64,000 bases of DNA, from IMG/VR virus record IMGVR_UViG_3300051215_000059. One strand, given 5' to 3'. Position numbers and translations under genes: made by a program. Below are positions 26,633 through 36,224 of the stretch, piece after piece (positions within the stretch are counted from its first letter, which is position 1; every line of letters starts with the position of its first letter). The notes beneath the pieces are model-generated. The model made no database searches. It was not told the origin of the DNA and worked only from the letters and a program-made list of their open reading frames with translations. Source of the stretch: a virus. Its lineage: Duplodnaviria > Heunggongvirae > Uroviricota > Caudoviricetes.

Positions 26633-29299
26633 ATGAAAAAACTTCTACTTGCCCTTTTTATTTCATTGTCTGTAATCGTGTCCCCCGTGCTTGCTGGCAC
26701 AGTATATGACACAATTGCGAGTATCAAAAACAAAACAACACAGACCACACTTGCAACGAAATACATGAACCAATATTTGGGGTATATTCAAACATATTCT
26801 GCATACTTGGATGCCAACAAACATATGGATGGAAATGCAAGTTATGAATCATTGGAAGCAAAGGTTGCAATGTATAAAGAAGATGTTGCAAAGTTTGCAA
26901 TTCTTCTTGGTGTTCCGAACCCACTTCAGCCTACTGTTGTAAACACAACTTCAACTAAATCACAAAACACCGCAACAATCGTTTCTGACCCTGTGTTGGT
27001 GAATACGGTAGTTACAAATGATATTGTATACACTGATACCACTACCGACACTTATGAGGTCACCGTAAAGTATTATCAGACTACTACAACTGTTACTCTT
27101 ACCGAAACGGTTCTTACCACTACCTATTACAGTGACGGAACAAACAAAACAAATACCACTACAAATGTCATTTCAACGTCTTCGTCGGTATCAGAAACAC
27201 AAACTACTGACCGAGTTTTGATTAGTTCTGTTCAAAACACAGAAACCAGCCAGTCGGAGTTTTTGACTGCCGAAGAATATGCTGCTCGTAATGACGTAAG
27301 TCTAGCTGGAACACAAACGTTTATTGATGCAGTAAAAGTGACAAACCCATACTATACCAATAGCACTATTCTAAGCCCAAGTGGTCTTGGACTTTATGCA
27401 AACTGGCTTCCTGCTACTGGCGCTCATGTTGCATGGAGTCGTGGATACACTGGTGCTGGTTCAACCATTGCAATCCTAGATACTGGCATTGATTTGGACC
27501 ATCCAGAATTTGATGGACGTATCGTTGGGACCAAATGCTTTACTGTAATGTGCAAAAGTGGGTATGAAACCATTCAAGATAATAACTCAGTTTCGCATGG
27601 CACACATGTTGCTGGTATTGCGGGTGCAGCATTAGATGGCGTTGGCATGACTGGTGTTGCGCCTGACGCTGACCTGTTGATTGGCAAAATTGGTCATGAT
27701 AGCGGATATATTGAACTTGACCAACTTGGTAATGGTATCGCATGGGCAGTATCAAATGGCGCAGATGTAGTAAACGTAAGTGCCGAAATGAGTATGGATT
27801 CTACATACCGTAATAGTGTAGTGTCTATTGGCGATGGTTTTTACTATAGCACCTACAGCCCATACCAATCTCTTGGTTACAACCAAGTGCTAGATAGCAA
27901 CAACTTCACTGCTCCTGTTATCAGTGCGATGAGTGGAAATGACACTGTTCTTGTTGTGGCTGCTGGTAACCAAGGGTTGGCATTTCCAGCGTTTCCTGCT
28001 CACTATGCCACTATCACTGATGAAAATGGCAACCTTGCACTTGACGGTCGGGTAATCATTGCTGGTTCGTTTGACCTTGGAACAAATAATATTGCTTCTT
28101 ACTCAAACCGTGCTGGAACAATGTGCTATGATTACAATTCCGTAACTAATCAGTGTAACAATACCTATCGTGTTAGCGACTATTATTTGATGGCTCCTGG
28201 TTCTTGGGTCACTTCAACCGATAATGGTGGGGACTATCGTGCTCTGAGTGGAACATCTATGGCTGCTCCCGCTATTTCTGGTGGCGTAGCACTAGTTCAT
28301 CAAATGTGGCCATACATGACAGGCGATAATATTGTAAAACTACTCATGGAAACTGCGGACAAATCGTTTGCTGGCTATAATGTAAATATTCACGGTCAAG
28401 GCGTCATGGACCTTGATAACGCAACGTCTCCACAGGGTGCAATTGGTATTCCTACGACTGGTCGGATTGATGGGGCAACCGCTTCGCTTGATGGGCAACT
28501 TTCTGTTGCAGGGATGAATATGGCTTCGTTGTCCAGTATGATGGTCGTTGATGACTATGATCGAAACTTTTATGTTGATGGCAACAAACTGAACGTTGCT
28601 ACTGATACTCGCATGGTGAACCCAGTTCTGGCAGCATCGTATAACTCAAATGCAGACAATTACATGGGTTATACAAAAGGACTAAATATCAATATCGGCA
28701 ATGTTGCTGTATCTACAAACACTGATGGAACAAACTATGGTCTATCATATAACGCAGGATTTATGACATTCGGGATGATGAAAGAAGATGGTTCATTCCT
28801 TGGAAACACGGCGAACAGTCCAATCATGAATGTAACTGGTGCGACTACAACTTATGTAAGTTTCAATCCAGAAATTCAAACTGGAAACGGCTCACTGTTT
28901 GGGAGTATTGGATTTGGTGCGACTGACCTGAATGTTGGAGATAACTCTATGATGAAAAGTGCTGGAACTATAATCAGCAACACAGCAAGCATTGGTGCAA
29001 AATTCAACACGAAAAACGGACACTTTGGAGTTGTGGCGGCACTTCCAGTTTCCATTCAATCTGGGGAAGTGTCAATGGAATATGCATCTTCCGTAAGTGC
29101 TGAAGGTGTGGTATCATCTGCTTCTGCAACTGAATCTCTTGCGAATAATAGTCGTGAAGTAAATCTTGGTGTGTTTTACAATGTAGACGTAGCACCAATG
29201 ACTAACGTTTCTATGTTTGCAGAAGTTCGCGAAAATTACATGGGTATTGCTGGCGAAACCGCGCCACAGATTGGCTTTACCCTTACACAAAGGTTCTAA
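26633..29299 (+). CDS. secreted subtilisin-like (S8) serine peptidase with Thr-rich linker and C-terminal autotransporter-like beta-domain
   Basis: signal peptide MKKLLLALFISLSVIVSPVLA; catalytic D (AILDTGID), H (HGTHVAGI), S (GTSMAAP); C-terminus ends GFTLTQRF as in OM beta-barrels. Confidence 0.8.
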   Translation: MKKLLLALFISLSVIVSPVLAGTVYDTIASIKNKTTQTTLATKYMNQYLGYIQTYSAYLDANKHMDGNASYESLEAKVAMYKEDVAKFAILLGVPNPLQPTVVNTTSTKSQNTATIVSDPVLVNTVVTNDIVYTDTTTDTYEVTVKYYQTTTTVTLTETVLTTTYYSDGTNKTNTTTNVISTSSSVSETQTTDRVLISSVQNTETSQSEFLTAEEYAARNDVSLAGTQTFIDAVKVTNPYYTNSTILSPSGLGLYANWLPATGAHVAWSRGYTGAGSTIAILDTGIDLDHPEFDGRIVGTKCFTVMCKSGYETIQDNNSVSHGTHVAGIAGAALDGVGMTGVAPDADLLIGKIGHDSGYIELDQLGNGIAWAVSNGADVVNVSAEMSMDSTYRNSVVSIGDGFYYSTYSPYQSLGYNQVLDSNNFTAPVISAMSGNDTVLVVAAGNQGLAFPAFPAHYATITDENGNLALDGRVIIAGSFDLGTNNIASYSNRAGTMCYDYNSVTNQCNNTYRVSDYYLMAPGSWVTSTDNGGDYRALSGTSMAAPAISGGVALVHQMWPYMTGDNIVKLLMETADKSFAGYNVNIHGQGVMDLDNATSPQGAIGIPTTGRIDGATASLDGQLSVAGMNMASLSSMMVVDDYDRNFYVDGNKLNVATDTRMVNPVLAASYNSNADNYMGYTKGLNINIGNVAVSTNTDGTNYGLSYNAGFMTFGMMKEDGSFLGNTANSPIMNVTGATTTYVSFNPEIQTGNGSLFGSIGFGATDLNVGDNSMMKSAGTIISNTASIGAKFNTKNGHFGVVAALPVSIQSGEVSMEYASSVSAEGVVSSASATESLANNSREVNLGVFYNVDVAPMTNVSMFAEVRENYMGIAGETAPQIGFTLTQRF

Positions 29300-29300
29300 T

Positions 29301-30056
29301 ATGAGAATACAATTACTTACACATCCGCGATCCGGCAGCACATATTATGCCGGGTTGCTTGAACGATACATCAGAGAATATCCAGACTTTGAGATACAGT
29401 ATGAACCATTCAATATTGACTGGATTACCGCGAGAGAGAAGATTTCCCGTGATGAATTTCCAAAATATGCGGAAGAGCGTGTAGAGGCGTTTACCAAATC
29501 AAACCATTGTCTTGTCAAAAATCACATGTTCAACATGTTTCATCTTCACAGTATGGGAAATAATCTTTGGGATAGGTATATGTCTCTTGATTGGCACACT
29601 GTTGTGCTTGTTCGTAAAAATGTGTTTGACACCGTTATGAGTCTGGCGTTAGCCCGAACAAAAGATGTTTGGTTCTATGATAAAGACGCCACAGTTGACA
29701 AAAAATCCGTTCCTATTGATATATTTCACCGAACACTACTTGACTGTCTAAACAACTATCGAAAGTTTAGAAGTAATGAACTTGGTATCGTATACAATAA
29801 AGTGATTTATTATGAAGATTTGACATCTGACCCAATAGCAGATGTGAAGAAATCTGGCTTCATTCCAACTTACATAGAAAGTATGGAAAGCAGGGTTCAT
29901 CGGGGACCATCAAAAGAATCATCAATTGACAACATTGAACAACTCAGAAGATATTTCAATAGCTTTATGGTTTCAAACAAGATAAAGTTAGTAAAACCAG
30001 ATGGGTTTCTTGATGAAGAGTTTGCCAACTACGAGAGATTTATACCAAAATCATGA
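29301..30056 (+). CDS. sulfotransferase-family protein
   Basis: N-terminal PAPS 5'-phosphosulfate-binding loop THPRSGSTY; start ATG 29301 immediately after S8 stop. Confidence 0.5.
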   Translation: MRIQLLTHPRSGSTYYAGLLERYIREYPDFEIQYEPFNIDWITAREKISRDEFPKYAEERVEAFTKSNHCLVKNHMFNMFHLHSMGNNLWDRYMSLDWHTVVLVRKNVFDTVMSLALARTKDVWFYDKDATVDKKSVPIDIFHRTLLDCLNNYRKFRSNELGIVYNKVIYYEDLTSDPIADVKKSGFIPTYIESMESRVHRGPSKESSIDNIEQLRRYFNSFMVSNKIKLVKPDGFLDEEFANYERFIPKS

Positions 30057-30550
30057 TAAACGCAATATTTGCAATGGACGACAATTGGGGCATAGGAAAG
30101 AACGGCGACTTGCCATGGCCCCGTAACTCTGCCGACTTGAAATGGTTCAAAGATTGCACCAATGGTCATTCGGTGGTAATGGGAAGAAAGACATGGGATA
30201 GCCTTCCATATAAACCACTATCCAACCGTCTGAACTTTGTAATATCGTCTTCCATGAATCCAAATGAATGGAAGAACGCACCCCATGGAGTATATAGTGG
30301 CAATCCTTCTAGAATCATCAAGGAAATCATAGAAACTAGATACTCGGAATACATTACATGGGTCATCGGCGGCGCTTCGCTTATTGAAGACTGCCTTGAT
30401 ATTATAGATGAATTGTGGATAAGTAATATTAGTGGAATATATGATTGTGACGTGTTTTTACCAAAAGAAAAAATAACAAGCCAATTCTATATTCACAATA
30501 ACGAAATAATAGATAGCGGACTATCTATCACAAAATGGAGAAAAAAATGA
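30053..30550 (+). CDS. folA: dihydrofolate reductase
   Basis: MINAIFAMDDNWGIGKNGDLPW...VVMGRKTW...GG DHFR signature. Confidence 0.85.
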   Translation: MINAIFAMDDNWGIGKNGDLPWPRNSADLKWFKDCTNGHSVVMGRKTWDSLPYKPLSNRLNFVISSSMNPNEWKNAPHGVYSGNPSRIIKEIIETRYSEYITWVIGGASLIEDCLDIIDELWISNISGIYDCDVFLPKEKITSQFYIHNNEIIDSGLSITKWRKK

Positions 30551-30873
30551 GTGTTGTGACACTAACCGACAAAGCAATCAATCACTTTACTAATATCGCA
30601 TCTGGAAAACTGGTGAAGTTTGGCATCATCGGTGGTGGATGCGCGGGTTTCCAATACCATTGGGAAATATTCGATGAAGTCAAGGACCATATGTTTGGCG
30701 ATGAGGTTCAAGAATACGATAACTTCACTCTGTATGTTGACAGTCACAGCCTAATGTATCTTATCGGAACGACTGTTGATTATGTCAGCGATATCACTGG
30801 AAGTAAAATTGAACTTTTCAATCCAAATGCACAATCTGGCTGCGGATGTGGAGTTTCGGTGAACTTTGCGTAA
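30535..30873 (+). CDS. A-type iron-sulfur cluster carrier (IscA/ErpA/HesB family)
   Basis: GGGCAGFQY ... C-terminal GCGCGVSF cysteine motif. Confidence 0.8.
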   Translation: MEKKMSVVTLTDKAINHFTNIASGKLVKFGIIGGGCAGFQYHWEIFDEVKDHMFGDEVQEYDNFTLYVDSHSLMYLIGTTVDYVSDITGSKIELFNPNAQSGCGCGVSVNFA

Positions 30874-31062
30874 TGATGAGCGTATAATAGACTGCAAAGA
30901 AGTAAGATGCATCAATCCATTTGGTTGGTGCATTTTCACTAAAAGGTGGATGTTTTTGAGAATATGCACTAAAGTTATGATTATGGGCGGAAGGATGGAA
31001 TACACCTATACTTATAGAAAGTATGCAACAACAGAAAATCTTGCTTTTCACTTACTATCCTC

Positions 31063-31091
31063 TTGACATTGACACGAATCTATACTATATA
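31063..31091 (+). promoter_or_regulatory. sigma70-like promoter TTGACA-17-TATATA with CGAATC box
   Basis: TTGACATTGACACGAATCTATACTATATA. Confidence 0.55.
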
Positions 31092-31141
31092 TAACACATA
31101 AGAGTGAGCAATAGTGCAAACTCAATACGAAGGAAAACGAC

Positions 31142-31288
31142 ATGGTAGATGTAGTTGTATACTATGTAATCCCAAACGTGCTTATGTTTGGTGGACTGTG
31201 GTTTGTTAGCAAAGCTATTGAACGCATGGTATGGCACGTTATTGAAAACCACGAAACGCTTATGAACTACGGTTCAGAACAAAACTAA
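31142..31288 (+). CDS. small membrane protein (48 aa) preceding SPFH gene
   Basis: RBS AAGGAAAACGAC; TM helix VYYVIPNVLMFGGLWFVS; below ORF-track cutoff. Confidence 0.4.
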   Translation: MVDVVVYYVIPNVLMFGGLWFVSKAIERMVWHVIENHETLMNYGSEQN

Positions 31289-31318
31289 CTCACACACAAT
31301 CTAACAAAGGATAAAATA

Positions 31319-32716
31319 ATGACTGGACTTATTCTAGGCATCGTCTTTATTATTGCGGCAATCGCAATCAAAGCTGTGCCTCTGGTGCCTGAACTACGAA
31401 AAGTAAAAACAATCGTTTCATCTGCGGTCGCCGTTTTTGGTGTTGCAATTATCGGTCTTGGGGCCGTAAGTTACAATGACGCTGGATACTGCCAACACAC
31501 TCGGAGTATTTTTGGAACAGAAACCGCAGTTTGCGAAACAGGTTGGTTTTTTGTCGGTTGGGGAACTTCTACCGCATGGCCTCACTTCATTACAGTCGCA
31601 AACACGATTGATATTGAAGCGGATGGCAGTTCTGTCACGGGTCCATATCGTGTTCGCCTAGCAGACAACTGGACAGGTGATGTTACTCAGACCACTCGTT
31701 TTGCAATCCCACAAGATCAAGAACAATTCTTGACGATGGCACGAACCTTCCGTAGTCCTGAGCGTCTGATTAGCACTACTCTGAAACCTGCCGTTACTGC
31801 ATCGCTTGACTCGGTTTCCAACATGTTTACCATGGAAGAATACTACTCTGGTGGTAAGCGGGACCAATTCAAGAGCGAGTTCAAAGATACTGTTGAAAAG
31901 GGTCGTGCGCAAGTTCGTCAAGTGTCTTTCAACCAAGCGGGTGGCGTAATTCCTAGTCGTGCCGCTCCATCAAGTAGCGATGTTGCTGCCGACACTTCAG
32001 AAGTTGGCGACACAGAAGTTCGTCGTGTTATGATGGAAAAAGTGACAGACGCAAGCGGCAATGACATCCGAACCCCACATGACTTTGCGGAAATCGGTGT
32101 TGTTGTATCATCTGCAATTCTTGAAAACATTGACCCAGATGATGAATATGAGCGTCAAATTGGTGAACGTAAGAAAGCTGCGTCTCGTCGTGTAGTTGCT
32201 CGTGAACAACGCCTTGAGCAAGAAGAACAGCGTCTGCTGGCTATTCAACAAGGTGAAACTGACATTGCCAAGCGTCAAGCAGAAGCAAAAGTGGAACAGA
32301 TTGAAAAGACTACAAACGCCGAAACCACGAAAAAACTTGCTCTAATTGAAGCTGAACGTATCCGCGAGGAAGCCCGAATTGCACAAGAAACCTCGGAAAT
32401 CAATCTGGAACGTGCAAAGGTTGACGCACAATCTGTAACTGTTGCTGCCGATGCAGAAGCCTACGCCAAACAAGCTATCCTTGAAGCTGACGGTGCGCTA
32501 CAACAGAAACTTGATGCTTGGGTTGAAGCACAACGTGTATGGGCAGACGCCGCATCTAAAATCAATGTTCCTTCCACTGTGATTGCTGGTGGTGGTAGCG
32601 ATGGGACTGCGGGAAATGCACTTGGAACCGTAGACCAGTTTATGCAACTGATGATGCTAAACTCTGCAAAGCAACTGAGTGTTGATCCTACTATCGGAAA
32701 CCCTGTAAAGCAGTAA
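31319..32716 (+). CDS. SPFH/band-7 (prohibitin/flotillin/HflKC-like) membrane protein with long C-terminal coiled coil
   Basis: N-terminal TM, SPFH core, Ala/Glu/Gln-rich heptads (IEAERIREEARIAQE...). Confidence 0.75.
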   Translation: MTGLILGIVFIIAAIAIKAVPLVPELRKVKTIVSSAVAVFGVAIIGLGAVSYNDAGYCQHTRSIFGTETAVCETGWFFVGWGTSTAWPHFITVANTIDIEADGSSVTGPYRVRLADNWTGDVTQTTRFAIPQDQEQFLTMARTFRSPERLISTTLKPAVTASLDSVSNMFTMEEYYSGGKRDQFKSEFKDTVEKGRAQVRQVSFNQAGGVIPSRAAPSSSDVAADTSEVGDTEVRRVMMEKVTDASGNDIRTPHDFAEIGVVVSSAILENIDPDDEYERQIGERKKAASRRVVAREQRLEQEEQRLLAIQQGETDIAKRQAEAKVEQIEKTTNAETTKKLALIEAERIREEARIAQETSEINLERAKVDAQSVTVAADAEAYAKQAILEADGALQQKLDAWVEAQRVWADAASKINVPSTVIAGGGSDGTAGNALGTVDQFMQLMMLNSAKQLSVDPTIGNPVKQ

Positions 32717-32733
32717 CCACACAAGAATCAAAA

Positions 32734-32757
32734 AAGGCGACTTCGGTCGCCTTTTTT
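32734..32757 (+). terminator. rho-independent terminator
   Basis: AAGGCGAC-ttcg-GTCGCCTT then TTTTT. Confidence 0.8.
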
Positions 32758-32758
32758 G

Positions 32759-32787
32759 TTGACATCGTGGCATTTGTAGAGTATATT
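32759..32787 (+). promoter_or_regulatory. sigma70-like promoter TTGACA-17-TATATT
   Basis: starts in terminator T-tract: TTGACATCGTGGCATTTGTAGAGTATATT. Confidence 0.55.
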
Positions 32788-32806
32788 ATTCCGAAGGAGA
32801 ATCTAC

Positions 32807-32968
32807 ATGAGCGATATACCAAAAGATTGCAAAGATTGTGCAGAATATGGTTCGCCCTTCTGCGAAGACTGCTTGGACGAACAAAACGAAAAACTATCCA
32901 AAAAAGACAAGATAAAACTTAGTAAAACACTTCGTGCTATCGCAAACGATAAAGGGAATAAAAAGTGA
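32807..32968 (+). CDS. small Cys-rich zinc-ribbon protein (53 aa)
   Basis: AAGGAGAATC RBS; CKDC...CEDC motif; below ORF-track cutoff. Confidence 0.45.
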   Translation: MSDIPKDCKDCAEYGSPFCEDCLDEQNEKLSKKDKIKLSKTLRAIANDKGNKK

Positions 32969-32979
32969 TCCTACAAGGA

Positions 32980-33189
32980 ATGTCAGAAAGTCAGTGCCGC
33001 CTATTAGACAAGATGTGGAGTTTGGAAACAGTAGACGAGTTAGAGCGATGGATTCGCTCACTCCCAGAAGAAACCGTAAAAGAAGTAATTGTGCTTCGTG
33101 AATTGCTAATACTTTCTATGATAGACGAAGAATTGGAAGAAAGAAATGATACTGCAATGGCACGTCAGATGATTGAGAAATGTAGATGA
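32980..33189 (+). CDS. hypothetical protein
   Basis: ATG 32980 within ORF-track frame 32965-33189. Confidence 0.45.
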   Translation: MSESQCRLLDKMWSLETVDELERWIRSLPEETVKEVIVLRELLILSMIDEELEERNDTAMARQMIEKCR

Positions 33190-33452
33190 TTGAAAATTAT
33201 GACATTGTATGGGAAGGCGAAATCATTCCGACTGCTGAACAAGTCGCAAAGGTTCGCAATGAACTTGACTATTTATGCGAAAGCCTAGAAACCACGGGCG
33301 ACCTTTGGTTTCATCACGTGTTCATGTCAAAAGACATAGATGGCCCAAGTATTTTTGTATACGGAAAAGAAGGAGTGGAAGGCACCTTTTTCGCTGAATG
33401 TCACATTGAAACAGAATGGACCGAACTAAATACTGATGATGAAGACGACTAA
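33186..33452 (+). CDS. hypothetical acidic protein
   Basis: 88 aa. Confidence 0.45.
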   Translation: MIENYDIVWEGEIIPTAEQVAKVRNELDYLCESLETTGDLWFHHVFMSKDIDGPSIFVYGKEGVEGTFFAECHIETEWTELNTDDEDD

Positions 33453-33469
33453 TAAGAAAGAAACATAAA

Positions 33470-34105
33470 ATGAAAAACAAAGTCATCCCCGTTCCAAAAG
33501 AAACACCAGCGCCACAAACCCCTCCACCACCACCGCCAGCGCCACCAAGTCCACCAAAACAGCTAGGTGAATACTTGCGCGACAATGGTGTGTTGTTTAT
33601 GGACAAAGAGTTCAATCAAGAAAATTGTATGCCACTAGTAAAAATGATTATGGAATACAACTTGATGCCAGCCGATAGAGCACCAGAAGTGATTCATCTA
33701 TATATCAACAGCCCTGGTGGTTACGTTGACAGTTGTATGCATCTGATTGACATTATCAAACAAAGTCGTATTCCAGTATATACCTATGGAATGGGAAGCA
33801 TTGCAAGTTGTGGTGTGATGCTCATGATGTCAGGAGAAAAGGGACACCGTTACCTGACACAAAACACCGCTGTTATGAGCCATGAATTTAGTGGTGGCAC
33901 TCGTGGCCAATACCATGATATGGTTGAAAGCCGCAAACACATGGATTGGACAAACGACAAGTTGCTTGAACACTACATCAAATGCACTGGCAAAACGGAA
34001 AAGTATATTCGTAAGCACTTGCTTGCGCCAAAAACAGACCACTGGCTAACACCAGAAGAAGCAGTCCAACATGGTATTGCTGACGTGGTTGTAGAAACAT
34101 ACTAA
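33470..34105 (+). CDS. clpP: ATP-dependent Clp protease proteolytic subunit ClpP with proline-rich N-terminal extension
   Basis: catalytic Ser in GMGSIASCG, His in MSHEFSGG, Asp in KTDHWL; ClpP fold; N-terminal PAPQTPPPPPPAPPSPP extension. Confidence 0.85.
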   Translation: MKNKVIPVPKETPAPQTPPPPPPAPPSPPKQLGEYLRDNGVLFMDKEFNQENCMPLVKMIMEYNLMPADRAPEVIHLYINSPGGYVDSCMHLIDIIKQSRIPVYTYGMGSIASCGVMLMMSGEKGHRYLTQNTAVMSHEFSGGTRGQYHDMVESRKHMDWTNDKLLEHYIKCTGKTEKYIRKHLLAPKTDHWLTPEEAVQHGIADVVVETY

Positions 34106-34129
34106 CAGTAAAAATAAATCAAAATAAAA

Positions 34130-34158
34130 GAACAGTGATTACTCACTGTTCTTTTTTT
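34130..34158 (+). terminator. rho-independent terminator
   Basis: GAACAGTGA-ttac-TCACTGTTC then TTTTTTT. Confidence 0.8.
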
Positions 34159-34266
34159 ATTGTGGCAGTAATACCACAAAAGTGGATTTTGATTATTCGT
34201 TATATACAGACAAAATAGATAAATAAATAAATGAATTAGTTTGTGTGAATGTGTGGAGAAGTATTA

Positions 34267-34722
34267 ATGTCTAAAGTTCTAAAATGGTGGCTAGTTTTTT
34301 GTTTATCATTAGTTATGGGATACATTGCATACATCTTTGGATGGACTTGGGAAATTTACACCAAGGATACAACTAAAATAAGCGTCTTGATTATAGCGTT
34401 GTATATAATTGCAAGTTTGTTTGTTGGAAAATTGTCTTACGAAAATTCCAAAAACAAAATAGTAGAAGAAAGAACCGAAATTGCATGGTTCATAAGTGAA
34501 ACTATGTTGACACTTGGTATGATTGGAACCGTTGCTGGTTTTATTATGATGCTAGGCGGTTCGTTTGCTGAAATAGATGCTTCTAATCCAGAAACACTAA
34601 AATCTGCACTTGTCGCAATGGCGCTTGGTATGAGCACTGCACTATATACTACTCTTGTCGGGTTGGTATGTAGTCAAGTATTAAAGATACAACTTGTCAA
34701 TTTAGAGTCAGGCAACCAATGA
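34267..34722 (+). CDS. MotA/TolQ/ExbB-family proton-channel protein (short form)
   Basis: LGMIGTVAGFIMML and ALGMSTALYTTLVGLVCSQVL match the conserved C-terminal TM pair of ExbB/TolQ/MotA. Confidence 0.6.
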   Translation: MSKVLKWWLVFCLSLVMGYIAYIFGWTWEIYTKDTTKISVLIIALYIIASLFVGKLSYENSKNKIVEERTEIAWFISETMLTLGMIGTVAGFIMMLGGSFAEIDASNPETLKSALVAMALGMSTALYTTLVGLVCSQVLKIQLVNLESGNQ

Positions 34723-34723
34723 T

Positions 34724-35437
34724 ATGAAAAGATCACACTACGGAAGTGGCATAGCATTTAATGATTTGTTATTCAACTTGTTGGTGGGATTTGTATTTTT
34801 GTTCACGGTTGCATTTATTTTAATCAATCCGCAAGCGAAAAAAAATGATATACCATCAAAAGCTGAATACCTATTCGCCATCGAATGGGACTCAGAATCG
34901 TATGACGATATTGATATTTGGGTAAGAGACCCAAATGGAATAACCGTAAGTTTCTTGAGTAAAGATGGCGGTTTACTCAATCTTGAAAGAGACGATCTTG
35001 GTAAAAGTAACGATACGTATGAATCCCCAGATGGGACAGAGACTATTGTAAAAACCAATCGGGAAGTTACTACAATGCGTGGAATTATCCCAGGAACTTA
35101 TACAGTTATGGCCCACGTTTTCAATAAGTATGAAAATAAAAATAATCCAGACCCATATTCTCCATTGTCTTTTAAAATGATACGTGTGAATCCGTATCAA
35201 GAAGTATATACTTCAGAACACAGATATAAAGATAAAGGCCAAATCGTTCCAATCCTACAATTCGATTTAGATGAAAATGGAAAGGCAAGCAATTTTAGAT
35301 TTCCTACTGAAAATATAGTAATAAAATCCAATTCCAGAATTAGTGGTTCACTTATATCTGACACGTTTGTCAGTGGTGGATTGCAAAAATCTAATAAAAA
35401 ATATACCGCAGGGTCAAGTTTCATAAATGTAGAGTAA
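34724..35437 (+). CDS. ExbD/TolR/MotB-like single-pass membrane partner with extended periplasmic domain
   Basis: stop-start 1-nt gap with upstream gene; TM IAFNDLLFNLLVGFVFLFTV with Asp near TM start as in ExbD/TolR. Confidence 0.45.
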   Translation: MKRSHYGSGIAFNDLLFNLLVGFVFLFTVAFILINPQAKKNDIPSKAEYLFAIEWDSESYDDIDIWVRDPNGITVSFLSKDGGLLNLERDDLGKSNDTYESPDGTETIVKTNREVTTMRGIIPGTYTVMAHVFNKYENKNNPDPYSPLSFKMIRVNPYQEVYTSEHRYKDKGQIVPILQFDLDENGKASNFRFPTENIVIKSNSRISGSLISDTFVSGGLQKSNKKYTAGSSFINVE

Positions 35438-35443
35438 AATAAA

Positions 35444-35929
35444 ATGATATATAGCAGCGAATTGTTACCTATTTTAATATCCCTTATGTTCCTATCAATT
35501 GTTGTATTGTGGGTAGCGATAAGAAACTATAAAAATTTCCTGATTACTTTTATAATCATACCAGTAACATTCGTTAGTGTCATTACAAGTTATCTCACAT
35601 TACAGAACCTTTTAGGATTTCCCGTTGTTACTCCAATTCCAAATGACAGTTTTTATATAAATCACATTGTTGATGGTGATGTGATTTATGTTTGGGCATG
35701 GCCGACTGAAACTGAAAAGCCTAGACTGTATAGTATTCCAAATACTGAGCAAAACAAAAAGGCGATGGATGAAGCAGCAAAAGCACAAGAAGAAGGCAAA
35801 GGCCAAAAAATTGGTCAAGAAGGTGCAGACCAAGATGGAACTGGAGTAGGCAAAGGGCAAACGCAGGGTGGAGAATATAACACCTATGACTTTGTTGTTA
35901 CTGATCCAGACAATTTAAAAGGAAATTGA
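35444..35929 (+). CDS. membrane protein (2 TM) with Gly/Gln-rich low-complexity tail
   Basis: 161 aa. Confidence 0.5.
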   Translation: MIYSSELLPILISLMFLSIVVLWVAIRNYKNFLITFIIIPVTFVSVITSYLTLQNLLGFPVVTPIPNDSFYINHIVDGDVIYVWAWPTETEKPRLYSIPNTEQNKKAMDEAAKAQEEGKGQKIGQEGADQDGTGVGKGQTQGGEYNTYDFVVTDPDNLKGN

Positions 35930-35930
35930 T

Positions 35931-36191
35931 ATGGAATACAATGCAGTCCTAGTAGTGGTTTACTTTATAGTATCGGTGTTCAATGTGCAACTCGGAGCAC
36001 CGATTATTCAACACATACCGTATACGTCTTTGGAAGATTGCAAAGCACATGCCCAAATGCTAGAAAATCAAAAGACGCAAATTGACATAGAATGGACTGT
36101 CTATTCAAGGTCACAATGTATGACACGTCAAGAATATGATGCCGCAGTTGCGGAACAATCAAAACAACAACCAGACACACCCGCACAGTAA
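35931..36191 (+). CDS. small secreted or membrane-anchored protein
   Basis: N-terminal hydrophobic segment VLVVVYFIVSVF. Confidence 0.45.
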   Translation: MEYNAVLVVVYFIVSVFNVQLGAPIIQHIPYTSLEDCKAHAQMLENQKTQIDIEWTVYSRSQCMTRQEYDAAVAEQSKQQPDTPAQ

Positions 36192-36224
36192 CTAAAATAA
36201 CAATACAATATAGGGGAAACCAAT

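Noticed and set aside
34724-35437. Considered calling this MotB/Pal-like with an OmpA-type PG-binding domain
   Set aside because: No recognisable OmpA-like motif in the periplasmic part; only the TM region resembles ExbD/TolR/MotB, so the call is kept generic.
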